Below are positions 1-8,158 of a stretch of DNA of 44,364 nucleotides, piece by piece (positions within the stretch are counted from its first letter, which is position 1; every line of letters begins with the position of its first letter). The notes under the pieces were generated by a model that was not told the DNA's origin, ran no database searches, and saw only the letters and a program-made list of their open reading frames with translations. The translations under genes and the position numbers were made by a program. The DNA is from an uncultured Candidatus Saccharibacteria bacterium. GTDB taxonomy: Bacteria; Patescibacteriota; Minisyncoccia; Phycocordibacterales; UBA9973. The stretch lies in assembly GCA_964387965.1 (NCBI GenBank), contig CAYLXO010000004.1, positions 1 to 44,364 of the forward strand, written 5' to 3'.

Positions 1-562
<562 letters not shown>

Positions 563-814
563 GAACTGTAAGAATCACAAACATCTGAAAAAATTTTGTT
601 GGAAAATTTTTTCAGAAAACATATACATGTTTTGACGTAAAAATTTTTGGACCGCTATCCAAATCTTTCATTGCGTAGAGATTTCTGTGGTGACAGAAAT
701 TTCTTCTCTACCAATCGTCGTTCATCTACCCACTGACGAAAAGACTAAAACTCTTTTACGTGAGTGATGAAAATTATGTTGTCAGTGATCAGTCGGACAG
801 GACTGTTCTCCAAT

Positions 815-837
815 AAAAAATCCGCCTATCGGGCGGA
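815..837 (-). terminator. Intrinsic terminator-like hairpin (TCCGCC-CGATA-GGCGGA) followed by T6 on the minus strand
   Basis: The plus strand reads aaaaaa tccgcc tatcg ggcgga. On the minus strand this is a GC hairpin followed by TTTTTT. It lies ~250 nt upstream of the 23S 5' end. Confidence 0.55.
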
Positions 838-907
838 CAGCAAAACGCGAACGTAATTGCTATCGCCTTAACTTGGATGTTTTACCTTGCTATTCATCAG
901 TACGGCC

Positions 908-936
908 ATCCTACACGAAGCCGATTAGAATGTCAA
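908..936 (-). promoter_or_regulatory. Sigma70-like promoter TTGACA-17 nt-TAGGAT
   Basis: The minus strand reads ggatTTGACAttctaatcggcttcgtgTAGGATggccgtac. The -35 is at 931-936 and the -10 at 908-913, with an exact 17-nt spacer. It points toward the 815-837 terminator and the 23S gene. Confidence 0.45.
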
Positions 937-1063
937 ATCCTTACCTACCCCTTCGGGGATAACGGGTGGATAACATATTTATGGGTAAAAATACCCCTAT
1001 TTTTGGAGTCGTTTTTGAGCATAAAAATACATGGGTATTTTGTGTAAGTATAGCTTTGCCTAG

Positions 1064-1092
1064 CAAAAATGGAGCGGACTTTCGTCCACTCC
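1064..1092 (-). terminator. Intrinsic terminator of the 1128-1817 membrane protein gene
   Basis: The minus strand reads GGAGTGGAC-gaaa-GTCCGCTCC (9 bp, one G-U) followed by ATTTTTG, 35 nt after the stop codon. Confidence 0.7.
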
Positions 1093-1127
1093 ATTTTCTA
1101 TAAACTACTTTGTCGAATCCCCAAAAC

Positions 1128-1817
1128 TTACATTGGCTTAACGTGTTCCTTGAGCTTCTCGATTGTGCGAGATGCTGCATCTTTACCACCAAGACCGAAT
1201 GCGAGTCCTCCTGCGAGTGCAAGCATTGCTACGAGTCCTGCAAACAATGTCTGCATGTATGGCTGTGCAATTCCAAGCTGATCAAGTGCAAAGATGAATC
1301 CGAAAATCCAAATTGCGTAGTGTGCCAAGCTTCCGAAGAAGTTTGCTGAACGAAGGCCTGCTGCCATTGCTGAAGCTGTAACAACCTTGCTAACGATGTC
1401 AGCAAGAACTGCTGCGATAACAAGAACAAGTGCTGCAATGATAACGTGTGGCAAGTAACCAAGAACATCCATGCGAAGGAATTCTGTTACTGCTGAGAGA
1501 TGCAAGATATCAAGTGATGCTACCAAGAATACGATGATGATGAACCACTTAACTACTGCTCCGATAAATCCTCCAACATTAAGTTTGAGGCCTGCCTTCT
1601 CCATAACACTTCCCACTCCTGCGCTTTCAAGAGCCTTGTCTACTTTGAGTGCTCCGATAACCTGTGCGACTGCCTTACCAATGATTGAACCTACTACCCA
1701 ACCAAGAATGAAAACGATAATTGCGAAAAGGAATCCAGGGACAAACTGTGCAAAGCTTACCCAGAGATTCTGGAGAGCCATAGTGAATGAATCTCCCCAT
1801 GTTGAAAATATATACAT
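1128..1817 (-). CDS. Multi-pass membrane protein of the conserved TM-helix-repeat type (mechanosensitive-channel-like)
   Basis: The ORF track gives 1128..1853, but its first codon is GTG. ATG candidates lie at 1817 (MYIFSTWG..) and 1781 (MALQNLW..). The protein has repeated hydrophobic helices, each followed by a GK/GG-rich loop (ILGWVVGSIIGKAVAQVIG.., FALDQLGIA.., GLGGKDAA). A terminator follows downstream. Confidence 0.7.
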   Translation of the reverse strand: MYIFSTWGDSFTMALQNLWVSFAQFVPGFLFAIIVFILGWVVGSIIGKAVAQVIGALKVDKALESAGVGSVMEKAGLKLNVGGFIGAVVKWFIIIVFLVASLDILHLSAVTEFLRMDVLGYLPHVIIAALVLVIAAVLADIVSKVVTASAMAAGLRSANFFGSLAHYAIWIFGFIFALDQLGIAQPYMQTLFAGLVAMLALAGGLAFGLGGKDAASRTIEKLKEHVKPM

Positions 1818-1978
1818 ATCTTTCTTTCTAAATGTCCTAATGGACGTTGGCACTTCTTCTAACCGGTGCCATTAACTACTAAATCAAGCAGAATAAGGAT
1901 TCGACCCTTTATTTATTGCTTATGTATTAATTATACCAAGTACACAGGGTTTGGCACGCCCAATGTGGATAAGTAAAC

Positions 1979-2006
1979 AGCCCTAAAAACTATTGTTTTT
2001 AGGGCT
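1979..2006. terminator. 12-bp perfect hairpin AGCCCTAAAAAC-tatt-GTTTTTAGGGCT; bidirectional terminator downstream of CDS 2030-2644
   Basis: The inverted repeat was read directly. A T-run (gttttt) follows on the plus strand and gtttactt on the minus strand. Confidence 0.55.
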
Positions 2007-2029
2007 GTTTTTGAACAGGAAACTATGTA

Positions 2030-2644
2030 TTATCGATTGAGCTGTGGTACTTGTTCGAGTAATCCGCCGAGGTGTACAACGCGAATATGTGGGAAATCTA
2101 TAACGTCGCGAATTAATTTATCGTACATGCTTGCACGATAAATAAATTCTGGAGTTTCGAACACAGCGTATGCGAGTTCTTTTCCAATCTCTGCTTCGAG
2201 CGATCGAATAATACGGTCGATAACTGTGCGCTTAAGATTATCTCCAACAACAAGCAAATCAAGTCGCGCGCTTGGATCACGTCTAAATACTCCTGAAAGC
2301 AATAGAAGCTTGATCTTCCCTGCTCGCTTGAAACGCTTAGAGAGTTCGTCTAAACCAATAAATTCTGTACCAAACAAAAGATTTTCAAGCGCATCTAAAT
2401 ATTCAAAATCATGATTGAGTGTCCACCCCTCAATTGTCTTTTTTCCATTTTTTGTTTTCTTCCGCTTAATAAAACCAGAGCGTGCAAGAAGTGCAATCTC
2501 TTTTCGTGTAGCACCCGCTGTACTACCTGTACGTGTTGCAATAATTGATGGCGCCATCACTGCTTCAGTATTAAGCAAAAACAAACGCATAATTTTTACA
2601 CGCACTGGCGAATGGAATAGTGTTCCTAGAGTATCGAATGACAT
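2030..2644 (-). CDS. Winged-helix (ArsR/MarR-like) N-terminal domain protein with a nucleotidyltransferase-like C-terminal half; conserved hypothetical regulator
   Basis: It is a 204-aa ORF with an ATG start. The N-terminus SPVRVKIMRLFLLN...TRKEIALLARSGFIKRK looks like a wHTH. The C-terminal block KLLLLSGVFRRDPSARLDLLVVGD resembles a minimal NTase strand-Asp motif. Confidence 0.6.
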   Translation of the reverse strand: MSFDTLGTLFHSPVRVKIMRLFLLNTEAVMAPSIIATRTGSTAGATRKEIALLARSGFIKRKKTKNGKKTIEGWTLNHDFEYLDALENLLFGTEFIGLDELSKRFKRAGKIKLLLLSGVFRRDPSARLDLLVVGDNLKRTVIDRIIRSLEAEIGKELAYAVFETPEFIYRASMYDKLIRDVIDFPHIRVVHLGGLLEQVPQLNR

Positions 2645-2652
2645 ACGAACAG

Positions 2653-2700
2653 TATACTCAACAAAAAACTCCCTGCAAGGGGAGTTTTTTGTTGAGTATA
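2653..2700. terminator. 21-bp perfect hairpin (TATACTCAACAAAAAACTCCC / GGGAGTTTTTTGTTGAGTATA); bidirectional intrinsic terminator ending the rplJL transcript
   Basis: The core is CTCCC-loop-GGGAG, flanked by an A-run and a T-run on both strands. It sits 8 nt upstream of the ATG of CDS 2030-2644. Confidence 0.7.
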
Positions 2701-2819
2701 TTTAGAAGTTACTTCAATGTAACCTTGTCAGGCGTTCTTTGTTCGCCGTCGCTCACAAAGCCGCACGACCCTGCCTCACTTCCACGCACTGCTGTGCCTG
2801 GCCTTCGGGCGTTCCGGCC

Positions 2820-2868
2820 CGAAAGTCACCTTAAATAATCGTAATTGATTATTTAAGTGTGACTTTCG
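2820..2868 (-). repeat. Long inverted repeat (about 21 bp with one bulge) that engulfs the rplL stop codon and last codons
   Basis: cgaaagtcac+cttaaataatc (2820-2840) pairs with gattatttaag+t+gtgactttcg (2847-2868). Its 5' arm overlaps an alternative GC hairpin at 2802-2825 (ccttcgggc-gttccg-gcccgaaag). Confidence 0.6.
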
Positions 2869-3217
2869 CACCAGCTTCTTCAAGAGATTTCTTGAGAGCT
2901 TCTGCTTCTGCTTTCTTCATACCTGTCTTAAGCATAGCTGGAGCACCATCAACGAGGTCCTTCGCTTCCTTAAGTCCGAGTCCAAGAGCTTCCTTAACAA
3001 CTTTCATAACTGGGATCTTTGCATCCCCTGCAGATGTGAGTTCAACATCGTACGCATCTTTTTCTTCTGCGCCACCTGCTGCTGCACCTGCTGCTGGAGC
3101 TGCTGCAACTGCTGCTGCAGACACTCCAAACTTTTCTTCAATAGATTTTACGAGTTCGTTGAGCTCAAGAACTGATGCTCCTTCGAGCTCTGTAAGAAAT
3201 GAATCAAATTTTGCCAT
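2849..3217 (-). CDS. rplL: 50S ribosomal protein L7/L12
   Basis: The 122-aa protein has an Ala-rich hinge ([16 protein letters not shown]) and the C-terminal [22 protein letters not shown]...[19 protein letters not shown]. Confidence 0.97.
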   Translation of the reverse strand: MAKFDSFLTELEGASVLELNELVKSIEEKFGVSAAAVAAAPAAGAAAGGAEEKDAYDVELTSAGDAKIPVMKVVKEALGLGLKEAKDLVDGAPAMLKTGMKKAEAEALKKSLEEAGAKVTLK

Positions 3218-3255
3218 AATAATTTAAAAATAAAACTTGTAATTAAACGAACACA

Positions 3256-3741
3256 TTATGCTTTTTTTCCAGCAACCTGATTGACTGCAATAGCCAAACG
3301 CTGCATCGGAGACTTGAGCAAGAATGCAATCTGTGCGAGGAGAACTTCGCGAGATGGAATTGTTGCAAGAGATGTAATCTTTGCTGCATCTGCATATGAT
3401 CCCTCATATACTCCACCGACAATTTTTGGTGTCTGCTTTCCTTTCGCAAAAGTAAATACTTCGCGAGCTGGAGCAAGAACATCAGTAGAATATGCGATAG
3501 CTGTTTCTCCATCGAGTACTGGCATATCACCAGTAATTCCCTTTGCAGAAAGTACTCGTGCAAGAAGTGTCTTCTTTGCTACTTTGTATGATACTCCCTG
3601 TGTACGGAGACTCTTTCGGAGTGCATCTGCTTCTTTCACAGTAAGTCCTTTAAAGTTTACAAAGACGATAGAATTTGCATCTTTGAGTTCGCTTTCAAGA
3701 GAACTAACGATTTCTTTTTTCTTTGTTTTTGTTAATGCCAT
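3256..3741 (-). CDS. rplJ: 50S ribosomal protein L10
   Basis: The 161-aa ORF lies immediately upstream of rplL. It begins with the typical KKEIVSSLESELKDANSIVFVNFKGLTVKEADALRKSLR. Confidence 0.95.
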   Translation of the reverse strand: MALTKTKKKEIVSSLESELKDANSIVFVNFKGLTVKEADALRKSLRTQGVSYKVAKKTLLARVLSAKGITGDMPVLDGETAIAYSTDVLAPAREVFTFAKGKQTPKIVGGVYEGSYADAAKITSLATIPSREVLLAQIAFLLKSPMQRLAIAVNQVAGKKA

Positions 3742-3865
3742 GTGAATTTGTTTTTTCAGTTAAAAACACAAAAACGGCCTTCGTGCCGTCTTTCGTAGAA
3801 TCTCTGTAAAGAGAGTTCGACCTCGGCGAGACTTCTGGCTATTGCCTGCTCGCTTTCTACGGCAC
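3742..3865 (-). promoter_or_regulatory. Ribosomal protein L10 (rplJ) leader with a long-range stem and an overlapping terminator-like hairpin
   Basis: The minus-strand RNA is GUGCCGUAGAA...(GC-rich internal helices)...UUCUACGAAAGACGGCAC. The 3' arm can instead form ACGGC-acgaag-GCCGU followed by UUUUGUGUUUUU just before the ATG. Position and architecture match L10-leader autoregulatory elements. Confidence 0.6.
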
Positions 3866-3869
3866 ACTC

Positions 3870-3897
3870 ATACTACCAGTTTATGACCAAAAGTCAA
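3870..3897 (-). promoter_or_regulatory. Candidate promoter TTGACT-16 nt-TAGTAT for rplJL
   Basis: The minus strand reads TTGACTtttggtcataaactggTAGTATgagtGTGCC. The predicted start falls at the base of the leader stem. Confidence 0.45.
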
Positions 3898-3919
3898 CCG
3901 CAAGTTTTTACCTGCGGTT
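3889..3919 (-). terminator. Terminator after the small ORF 3923-4075
   Basis: The minus strand reads AACCGCAgg-taaaaa-cTTGCGGTT followed by gacTTTT, starting right after the TAA stop. Confidence 0.55.
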
Positions 3920-3922
3920 ACT

Positions 3923-4075
3923 TTAGTTTGGAACAGTGGTTGAAGCTGTCCCCTCTTTTGCATCCCCACTATCAGATGATTTTGAGTAATGATTGATTAT
4001 GAGAAGTCCAGCAACTCCAATGAGTGCCATCACCACAAGTCCAAGAAGCATCTTAAAAAAATGTTTTACGTACAT
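3923..4075 (-). CDS. Small (50 aa) single-TM membrane protein, hypothetical; not in the ORF track (below 60 aa)
   Basis: My translation is MYVKHFFKMLLGLVVMALIGVAGLLIINHYSKSSDSGDAKEGTASTTVPN. It is bracketed by its own TATAAT (4084-4089, 8 nt before the ATG, leaderless-type) and its own terminator. It does not resemble SecE. Confidence 0.4.
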   Translation of the reverse strand: MYVKHFFKMLLGLVVMALIGVAGLLIINHYSKSSDSGDAKEGTASTTVPN

Positions 4076-4103
4076 ACATAGTGATTATACATATCTGACA
4101 TAC

Positions 4104-4131
4104 AAAAAACCACCCAAATAGGTGGTTTTTT
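4104..4131. terminator. Bidirectional terminator AAAAAACCACC-caaata-GGTGGTTTTTT just after the stop of CDS 4133-4816
   Basis: This is an 11-bp inverted repeat with flanking A and T runs, read directly. Confidence 0.75.
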
Positions 4132-4132
4132 G

Positions 4133-4816
4133 TTACAGAGTAAGTCTCTTTATTTCTTGCTCGTATGATGATTTTGCTAGCGGGTTCACAGTAATCGCGA
4201 GATTCCAATACGTAAGCGCACCTTGTATATCTCCTGCTTCTTCAAGAAAGATCGCGTACGGTGTTATGAGCTCTACATTATTTTTTGTTGCCGTAAGTGC
4301 TTTTGCATACAAATCTGAAATTGTTTTTTTGTATTCTGCGTTTGATGGTTGTTTTCCTGTAAAATCATTGCGGGTCATCTGAATAAGATATCGCCATGTA
4401 ATATAATTTGACGGCTCAACAACTGTTGCCTTTTCTGCCTCATGATGCGCATTTTCTATTTCACCCAACTTCAGTAATACTTGTGAATACAAATCATGTA
4501 ATGTACCACTCTTTGGGTATGCGAGAAGTGCGCCTTCTGCCAACAATTTACTTTTTGAATAATCGCCAGCAGAAACTGACGCTGTCACAGCCTGTATCGC
4601 CTCGGCTACATTTTTGTACGATGCTGTTTGTGTGCTCGGAGTTTTTACTTTCTGGTCCTCAACTATTTTCTCTTCTGTTGTATTTTCTTTCTCCATAACA
4701 CCAACTTCCGAAACATCACGTGGTGCGTATGTTTTTGCAACAATAACTGCTCCTGCAATAAGCACTATAGCAATAATAATGATATAGATTGTTTTTTTAT
4801 TTTTCATAATGTCCAT
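4133..4816 (-). CDS. Membrane-anchored TPR-like repeat protein (hypothetical)
   Basis: The ORF track gives 4133..4849, but its first codon is TTG. A TATAAT at 4824-4829 makes the ATG at 4816 (MDIMKNKKTIYIIIIAIVLIAGAVIV..) or at 4807 the likely start. There is an N-terminal TM helix and then helical repeats (LLAEGALLAYPKSG..LYSQVLLKLGEIENA.., ..AIFLEEAGDIQGALTYWNLAITVNP). Confidence 0.65.
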   Translation of the reverse strand: MDIMKNKKTIYIIIIAIVLIAGAVIVAKTYAPRDVSEVGVMEKENTTEEKIVEDQKVKTPSTQTASYKNVAEAIQAVTASVSAGDYSKSKLLAEGALLAYPKSGTLHDLYSQVLLKLGEIENAHHEAEKATVVEPSNYITWRYLIQMTRNDFTGKQPSNAEYKKTISDLYAKALTATKNNVELITPYAIFLEEAGDIQGALTYWNLAITVNPLAKSSYEQEIKRLTL

Positions 4817-4842
4817 ACCGAGCATTATACTCACATTTTCCC

Positions 4843-4873
4843 AAAACAAAACACCCCCGATTTCTCGGGGGTG
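4843..4873 (-). terminator. Intrinsic terminator of the giant surface protein gene
   Basis: The minus strand reads CACCCCCGA-gaaa-TCGGGGGTG followed by TTTTGTTTT. Confidence 0.8.
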
Positions 4874-4921
4874 TTTTGCGCTGTCTGGTTTAATACAGAG
4901 CGTTAGATTAGTCGAAACTAA

Positions 4922-7900
4922 TTATTGCTTCTGTACTGATCCAAGAACTGGCTTGCCATCAACATAGAGTGATGAAATTGTGTCAGCTTGGTCACCGTTC
5001 TGAGTAGCATCGTATCCAAGGTTAGCCTCAGTTACTGAGAACTTAAGGTCACCAAGTGATGCAACTGACAATGAGTATGAATCACCCGCTGCTACGCTTC
5101 CAACTGTTGAAAGTGTAACTGTAAGGTAACGGTATGATCCACCATTGATTGTGATTGTTGAAGCAAGTGAACCAAAGGCGAATGTATCAGAGCCTGATGT
5201 TTCAAGTGTGTTTGCTGTGTAGTCGTTTGAGTTTTCACTTGAAGCATATACTCGATATCGTTCATCTGTACCTGTGTGGCTTCCAGTGTCAGTGAATGTA
5301 GCGTGTGTCAAAGTAATCTGTGCTGAACCATTGTTCATTACTTTGAAGCGTCCAAGTGTAGTTCCTGCTCCCATTGAAGTGAGGTTTGTAGAACCATTAG
5401 TTGGAGTTTCACCTGTTACTACAACTGAGAATGGATTGATGTTAAGGTGTGCGCCTGAGTTTCCAGCTGTTCCACTATCATAAGTAGGAGCTGTAGCTGT
5501 TGTAACACCCTTAGCAATCACGTCTGTTCCGTCGTTAGTAACTGACATGTAGAAGTCATTTCCAAGCTTAGCAACGTTCTCACCCTGAATGTCTGCCTTT
5601 ACGAACACAGTCACTGGAGTTCCAGGATTGATGCTCATAGGGAGGAAGTTATCAGCTGATGTCCATGTGTATGAACATACGTTTGAAGAACATGTTGAGA
5701 ACTGGCTCGCTGTAGCAAAAGCTGTAGTTGTGCTCAAGAGAGCTCCTGATCCAGTCTGTGCGTAAAGACGAATGTTCTTGATGTTGTTCTGAACGAGAGC
5801 AGTACCTGTAGCCTTAAGCTTGAAAGTAGTGATCTTCTGTCCTTCGTAGAGTGAGTTGAACTTAGCTGCGAGGTAGATACCATCAGTAGCATTGATTGAA
5901 ACAACTGCTGCAGTGTTTGGAGTAAATCCAGCACCAGAGAGTGTAGCAATGTTGAGGTTTCCACCTGTTGTAGCTGTCATTGTCTGACCTGTTCCAGATA
6001 CTGAAGCAGTAACTGTGTTACCAGTGTCCTTTCCAGAAGCTGTTGTGTTTCCAGATGCAATCTTGAATGTGTGTGAAGTACCAGTTGAAGCCAAGAGATC
6101 TCCGAAGAGGTGAATCTTAGTTGTAGCTGTCTTTGACACTACGATTGCATTTGTGAATGTGAACGCAACTGTGTTTGCGTTTGTTGATGTTGAAGATGTT
6201 GTTGTAAGAACATTTCCAGCATCATCCTTCATAACGAGGTTTGACAAACCTGAGTAGTCAGAACCTGATCCAAGAGTATCTGTAACTGTAACTGCTGTTA
6301 CGCGTACATCTTCTCCTGAACCTGTTGCGTTAAATTCGAAATCAGCAAGAGCAACACCGTTTGTTCCAGGAACGATTGAAGTTGCAACTGGAGTTGAAAG
6401 TGTTGTTGTTGTGAGAGTAGCAGCCTGTACAGCACGTGTAAATCCATCCTGAACAGCTACTGATGGGTCCATGATGTCGTTAGTCAAGAGACGCTTAACT
6501 GAAGTGATGTCGAAATCATTTACAAAGTATGCGTCTGAAGAGTTAGCTGAAGAGCTTACTGAAGCAACAACTTCAACAACAGAAGAAACTCCTGCCTTCA
6601 AAATTGGGTAGCTTGAGAGTGAGCGAGCTGAAGATGTACCGTTAACTGGGAAGTTTGTTGTGTTAGCTGCAGCGCTGAATACTGTTGCGCCATCAACCTT
6701 TACGTAAACTGTACCAGTCAAAGCGTGTGAGCCTGTATCCTGATCAAGACCAAATGAGAATCCACGGAGTTCCATGTCTTCACCAACTGGCTTAGCAGTG
6801 TACTTAGCAAGAACTACATCAGTAGCACCTGGAACAACTGAAGTTGAAGATGAATCTGTAGCGCGGCTGAATACCAAGCTTCCTGATCCAACTGTTACTT
6901 TGTTGTATACAGATGTTGTATCACCGATTGGGAATGATGTATCTGTTGATCCTGCTGTAGCAAGGATGCTTACATTTGTCATTGCTCCTACAACTGTAAG
7001 GTCGTAGTCGTTGTAAACAACAAACTGGATTGTGCGTGATGCACCAGCAACGAGCTTAGCGCGAACTGTGAAGTCCTTTGTCTGGCCCTTACCGATTGTG
7101 TATCCAGGGTTGATTGCAAATGTTACATACTGACCCATTGGCTGAGCAGTAGCAACAACTGTTCCTGTCTGATCTACGAGCTGAACATCAGCGTAGTCAG
7201 TTGGAGCTGCATTACCATTGTTGTAAAGCTTAACTCCTGTGAGCATAACTGCTTCGTTTGAAGTAGTTTCTGCAACACTGAACTTAGCAATTTCCTGCTG
7301 GCTTGTAGCATCAGCATTGAGAGTTACTCCAGAAGCATTAACTGGCTTTTCATCAAGAGTTACTGCTCCGAGCGATGAAGAAGATTCTACCCACATAGTG
7401 TTACCCATGAGTGGGAATGTTCCAGATACTGTTCCTGTTGAGAGCATGATATCTCCAGCTGCTGCAATCTTCATTCCGAAGCTTACACCTGCTGATGATG
7501 AGAGGTTAACCTTGATTGAAAGAGTAACCTTTGAGTTAGCTGGAACAGTGATTGGATCTGCTGAGAGTCCAAGAGTTGCCTGTCCATCTGCTCCAAGAGT
7601 AGTAACAACGTTACCATGGCGCATGCCATTTCCGTCTACTACTGATACTCCAGTAACGTATGTGTTTCCGAGGTTACCGTATTTTGTAACCTTAACAGAA
7701 GTAACGTTAACTGCAGCTGATGTGCCGTTAGCAACATCAAACTTAAGAACAGTGCTATTTGCGCTACCTGCTGTAAGAGTTACGCTTGCTGGGTTGTCTG
7801 TTGAGAGTCCAGCTGTAACTGCTCCAGTAGTAACTGTAGTACCACCAGTTGTTGTAGTTGTACCACCTGCGTTAAGAGCAGCACGTGTGAGAGCTCCAAC

Positions 7901-8158
7901 GAATCCTGTTGAAGGAAGTCCGTGTGAAGTCTGGTACGCCTTAACTGCTGCGAGAGTAAGTGGTCCGAAGTTTCCTACAGCTGGTGTAACTCCAAGAGCT
8001 TTCTGGAGTTCAGCAACATCTGCATTTCCCTTCATACCGTACTTCAAGTTTGTGTTGAATGTGTAAGCGCTAACTGAAACTGCTCCAATGAGCAAGCTAG
8101 CTGCTGCCACAAGTCCCAAACCTGCTTTCGCGATTTTTGATTTGAGTGCGTTAGTCAT
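4922..8158 (-). CDS. Giant (1078 aa) secreted or cell-surface protein: N-terminal signal/anchor, a peptidoglycan-binding (PG_binding_1-like) domain, then a long Thr/Ser/Gly/Val/Ala-rich beta-repeat region
   Basis: The N-terminus is KIAKAGLGLVAAASLLIGAVSVSA. The segment ADVAELQKALGVTPAVGNFGPLTLAAVKAYQTSHGLPSTGFVGALTRAAL matches the PG-binding helical repeat. The remainder is low-complexity and Ig-like/S-layer-like, with no Cys-rich or enzymatic motifs. Confidence 0.8.
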   Translation of the reverse strand: MTNALKSKIAKAGLGLVAAASLLIGAVSVSAYTFNTNLKYGMKGNADVAELQKALGVTPAVGNFGPLTLAAVKAYQTSHGLPSTGFVGALTRAALNAGGTTTTTGGTTVTTGAVTAGLSTDNPASVTLTAGSANSTVLKFDVANGTSAAVNVTSVKVTKYGNLGNTYVTGVSVVDGNGMRHGNVVTTLGADGQATLGLSADPITVPANSKVTLSIKVNLSSSAGVSFGMKIAAAGDIMLSTGTVSGTFPLMGNTMWVESSSSLGAVTLDEKPVNASGVTLNADATSQQEIAKFSVAETTSNEAVMLTGVKLYNNGNAAPTDYADVQLVDQTGTVVATAQPMGQYVTFAINPGYTIGKGQTKDFTVRAKLVAGASRTIQFVVYNDYDLTVVGAMTNVSILATAGSTDTSFPIGDTTSVYNKVTVGSGSLVFSRATDSSSTSVVPGATDVVLAKYTAKPVGEDMELRGFSFGLDQDTGSHALTGTVYVKVDGATVFSAAANTTNFPVNGTSSARSLSSYPILKAGVSSVVEVVASVSSSANSSDAYFVNDFDITSVKRLLTNDIMDPSVAVQDGFTRAVQAATLTTTTLSTPVATSIVPGTNGVALADFEFNATGSGEDVRVTAVTVTDTLGSGSDYSGLSNLVMKDDAGNVLTTTSSTSTNANTVAFTFTNAIVVSKTATTKIHLFGDLLASTGTSHTFKIASGNTTASGKDTGNTVTASVSGTGQTMTATTGGNLNIATLSGAGFTPNTAAVVSINATDGIYLAAKFNSLYEGQKITTFKLKATGTALVQNNIKNIRLYAQTGSGALLSTTTAFATASQFSTCSSNVCSYTWTSADNFLPMSINPGTPVTVFVKADIQGENVAKLGNDFYMSVTNDGTDVIAKGVTTATAPTYDSGTAGNSGAHLNINPFSVVVTGETPTNGSTNLTSMGAGTTLGRFKVMNNGSAQITLTHATFTDTGSHTGTDERYRVYASSENSNDYTANTLETSGSDTFAFGSLASTITINGGSYRYLTVTLSTVGSVAAGDSYSLSVASLGDLKFSVTEANLGYDATQNGDQADTISSLYVDGKPVLGSVQKQ

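Noticed and set aside
1880-1910. AAGG-GUCGAAU-CCUU (minus strand) resembles a tRNA T-arm.
   Set aside because: The flanks are AT-rich with no acceptor, D or anticodon stems. It lies in the 5' UTR of the membrane-protein gene downstream of an extended -10 (TGGTATAAT, 1930-1938).
2705-2848. The GC-rich segment after rplL considered as SRP (4.5S) RNA, 5S rRNA, a tRNA or a group II intron domain V.
   Set aside because: On neither strand is there a GGAA-tetraloop helix 8 with flanking AGG/AGCAGC internal loops in the right order. No 5S helix I encloses ~100 nt, there is no T-loop or acceptor stem, and there is no D5-like AGC bulged hairpin. The GGAAGUGAGGC similarity to 5S loop C is too partial.
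7239-8066. A 275-aa plus-strand ORF, and similar long antisense ORFs (1471-1875, 2859-3227, 3281-3745, 15730-16284, 24472-24987, 26483-27205, 37879-38322).
   Set aside because: Each lies entirely antisense to a gene with clear homology or motifs. Their translations are low-complexity Ser/Pro/Arg-rich shadows with no motifs, so they are typical frame artefacts.
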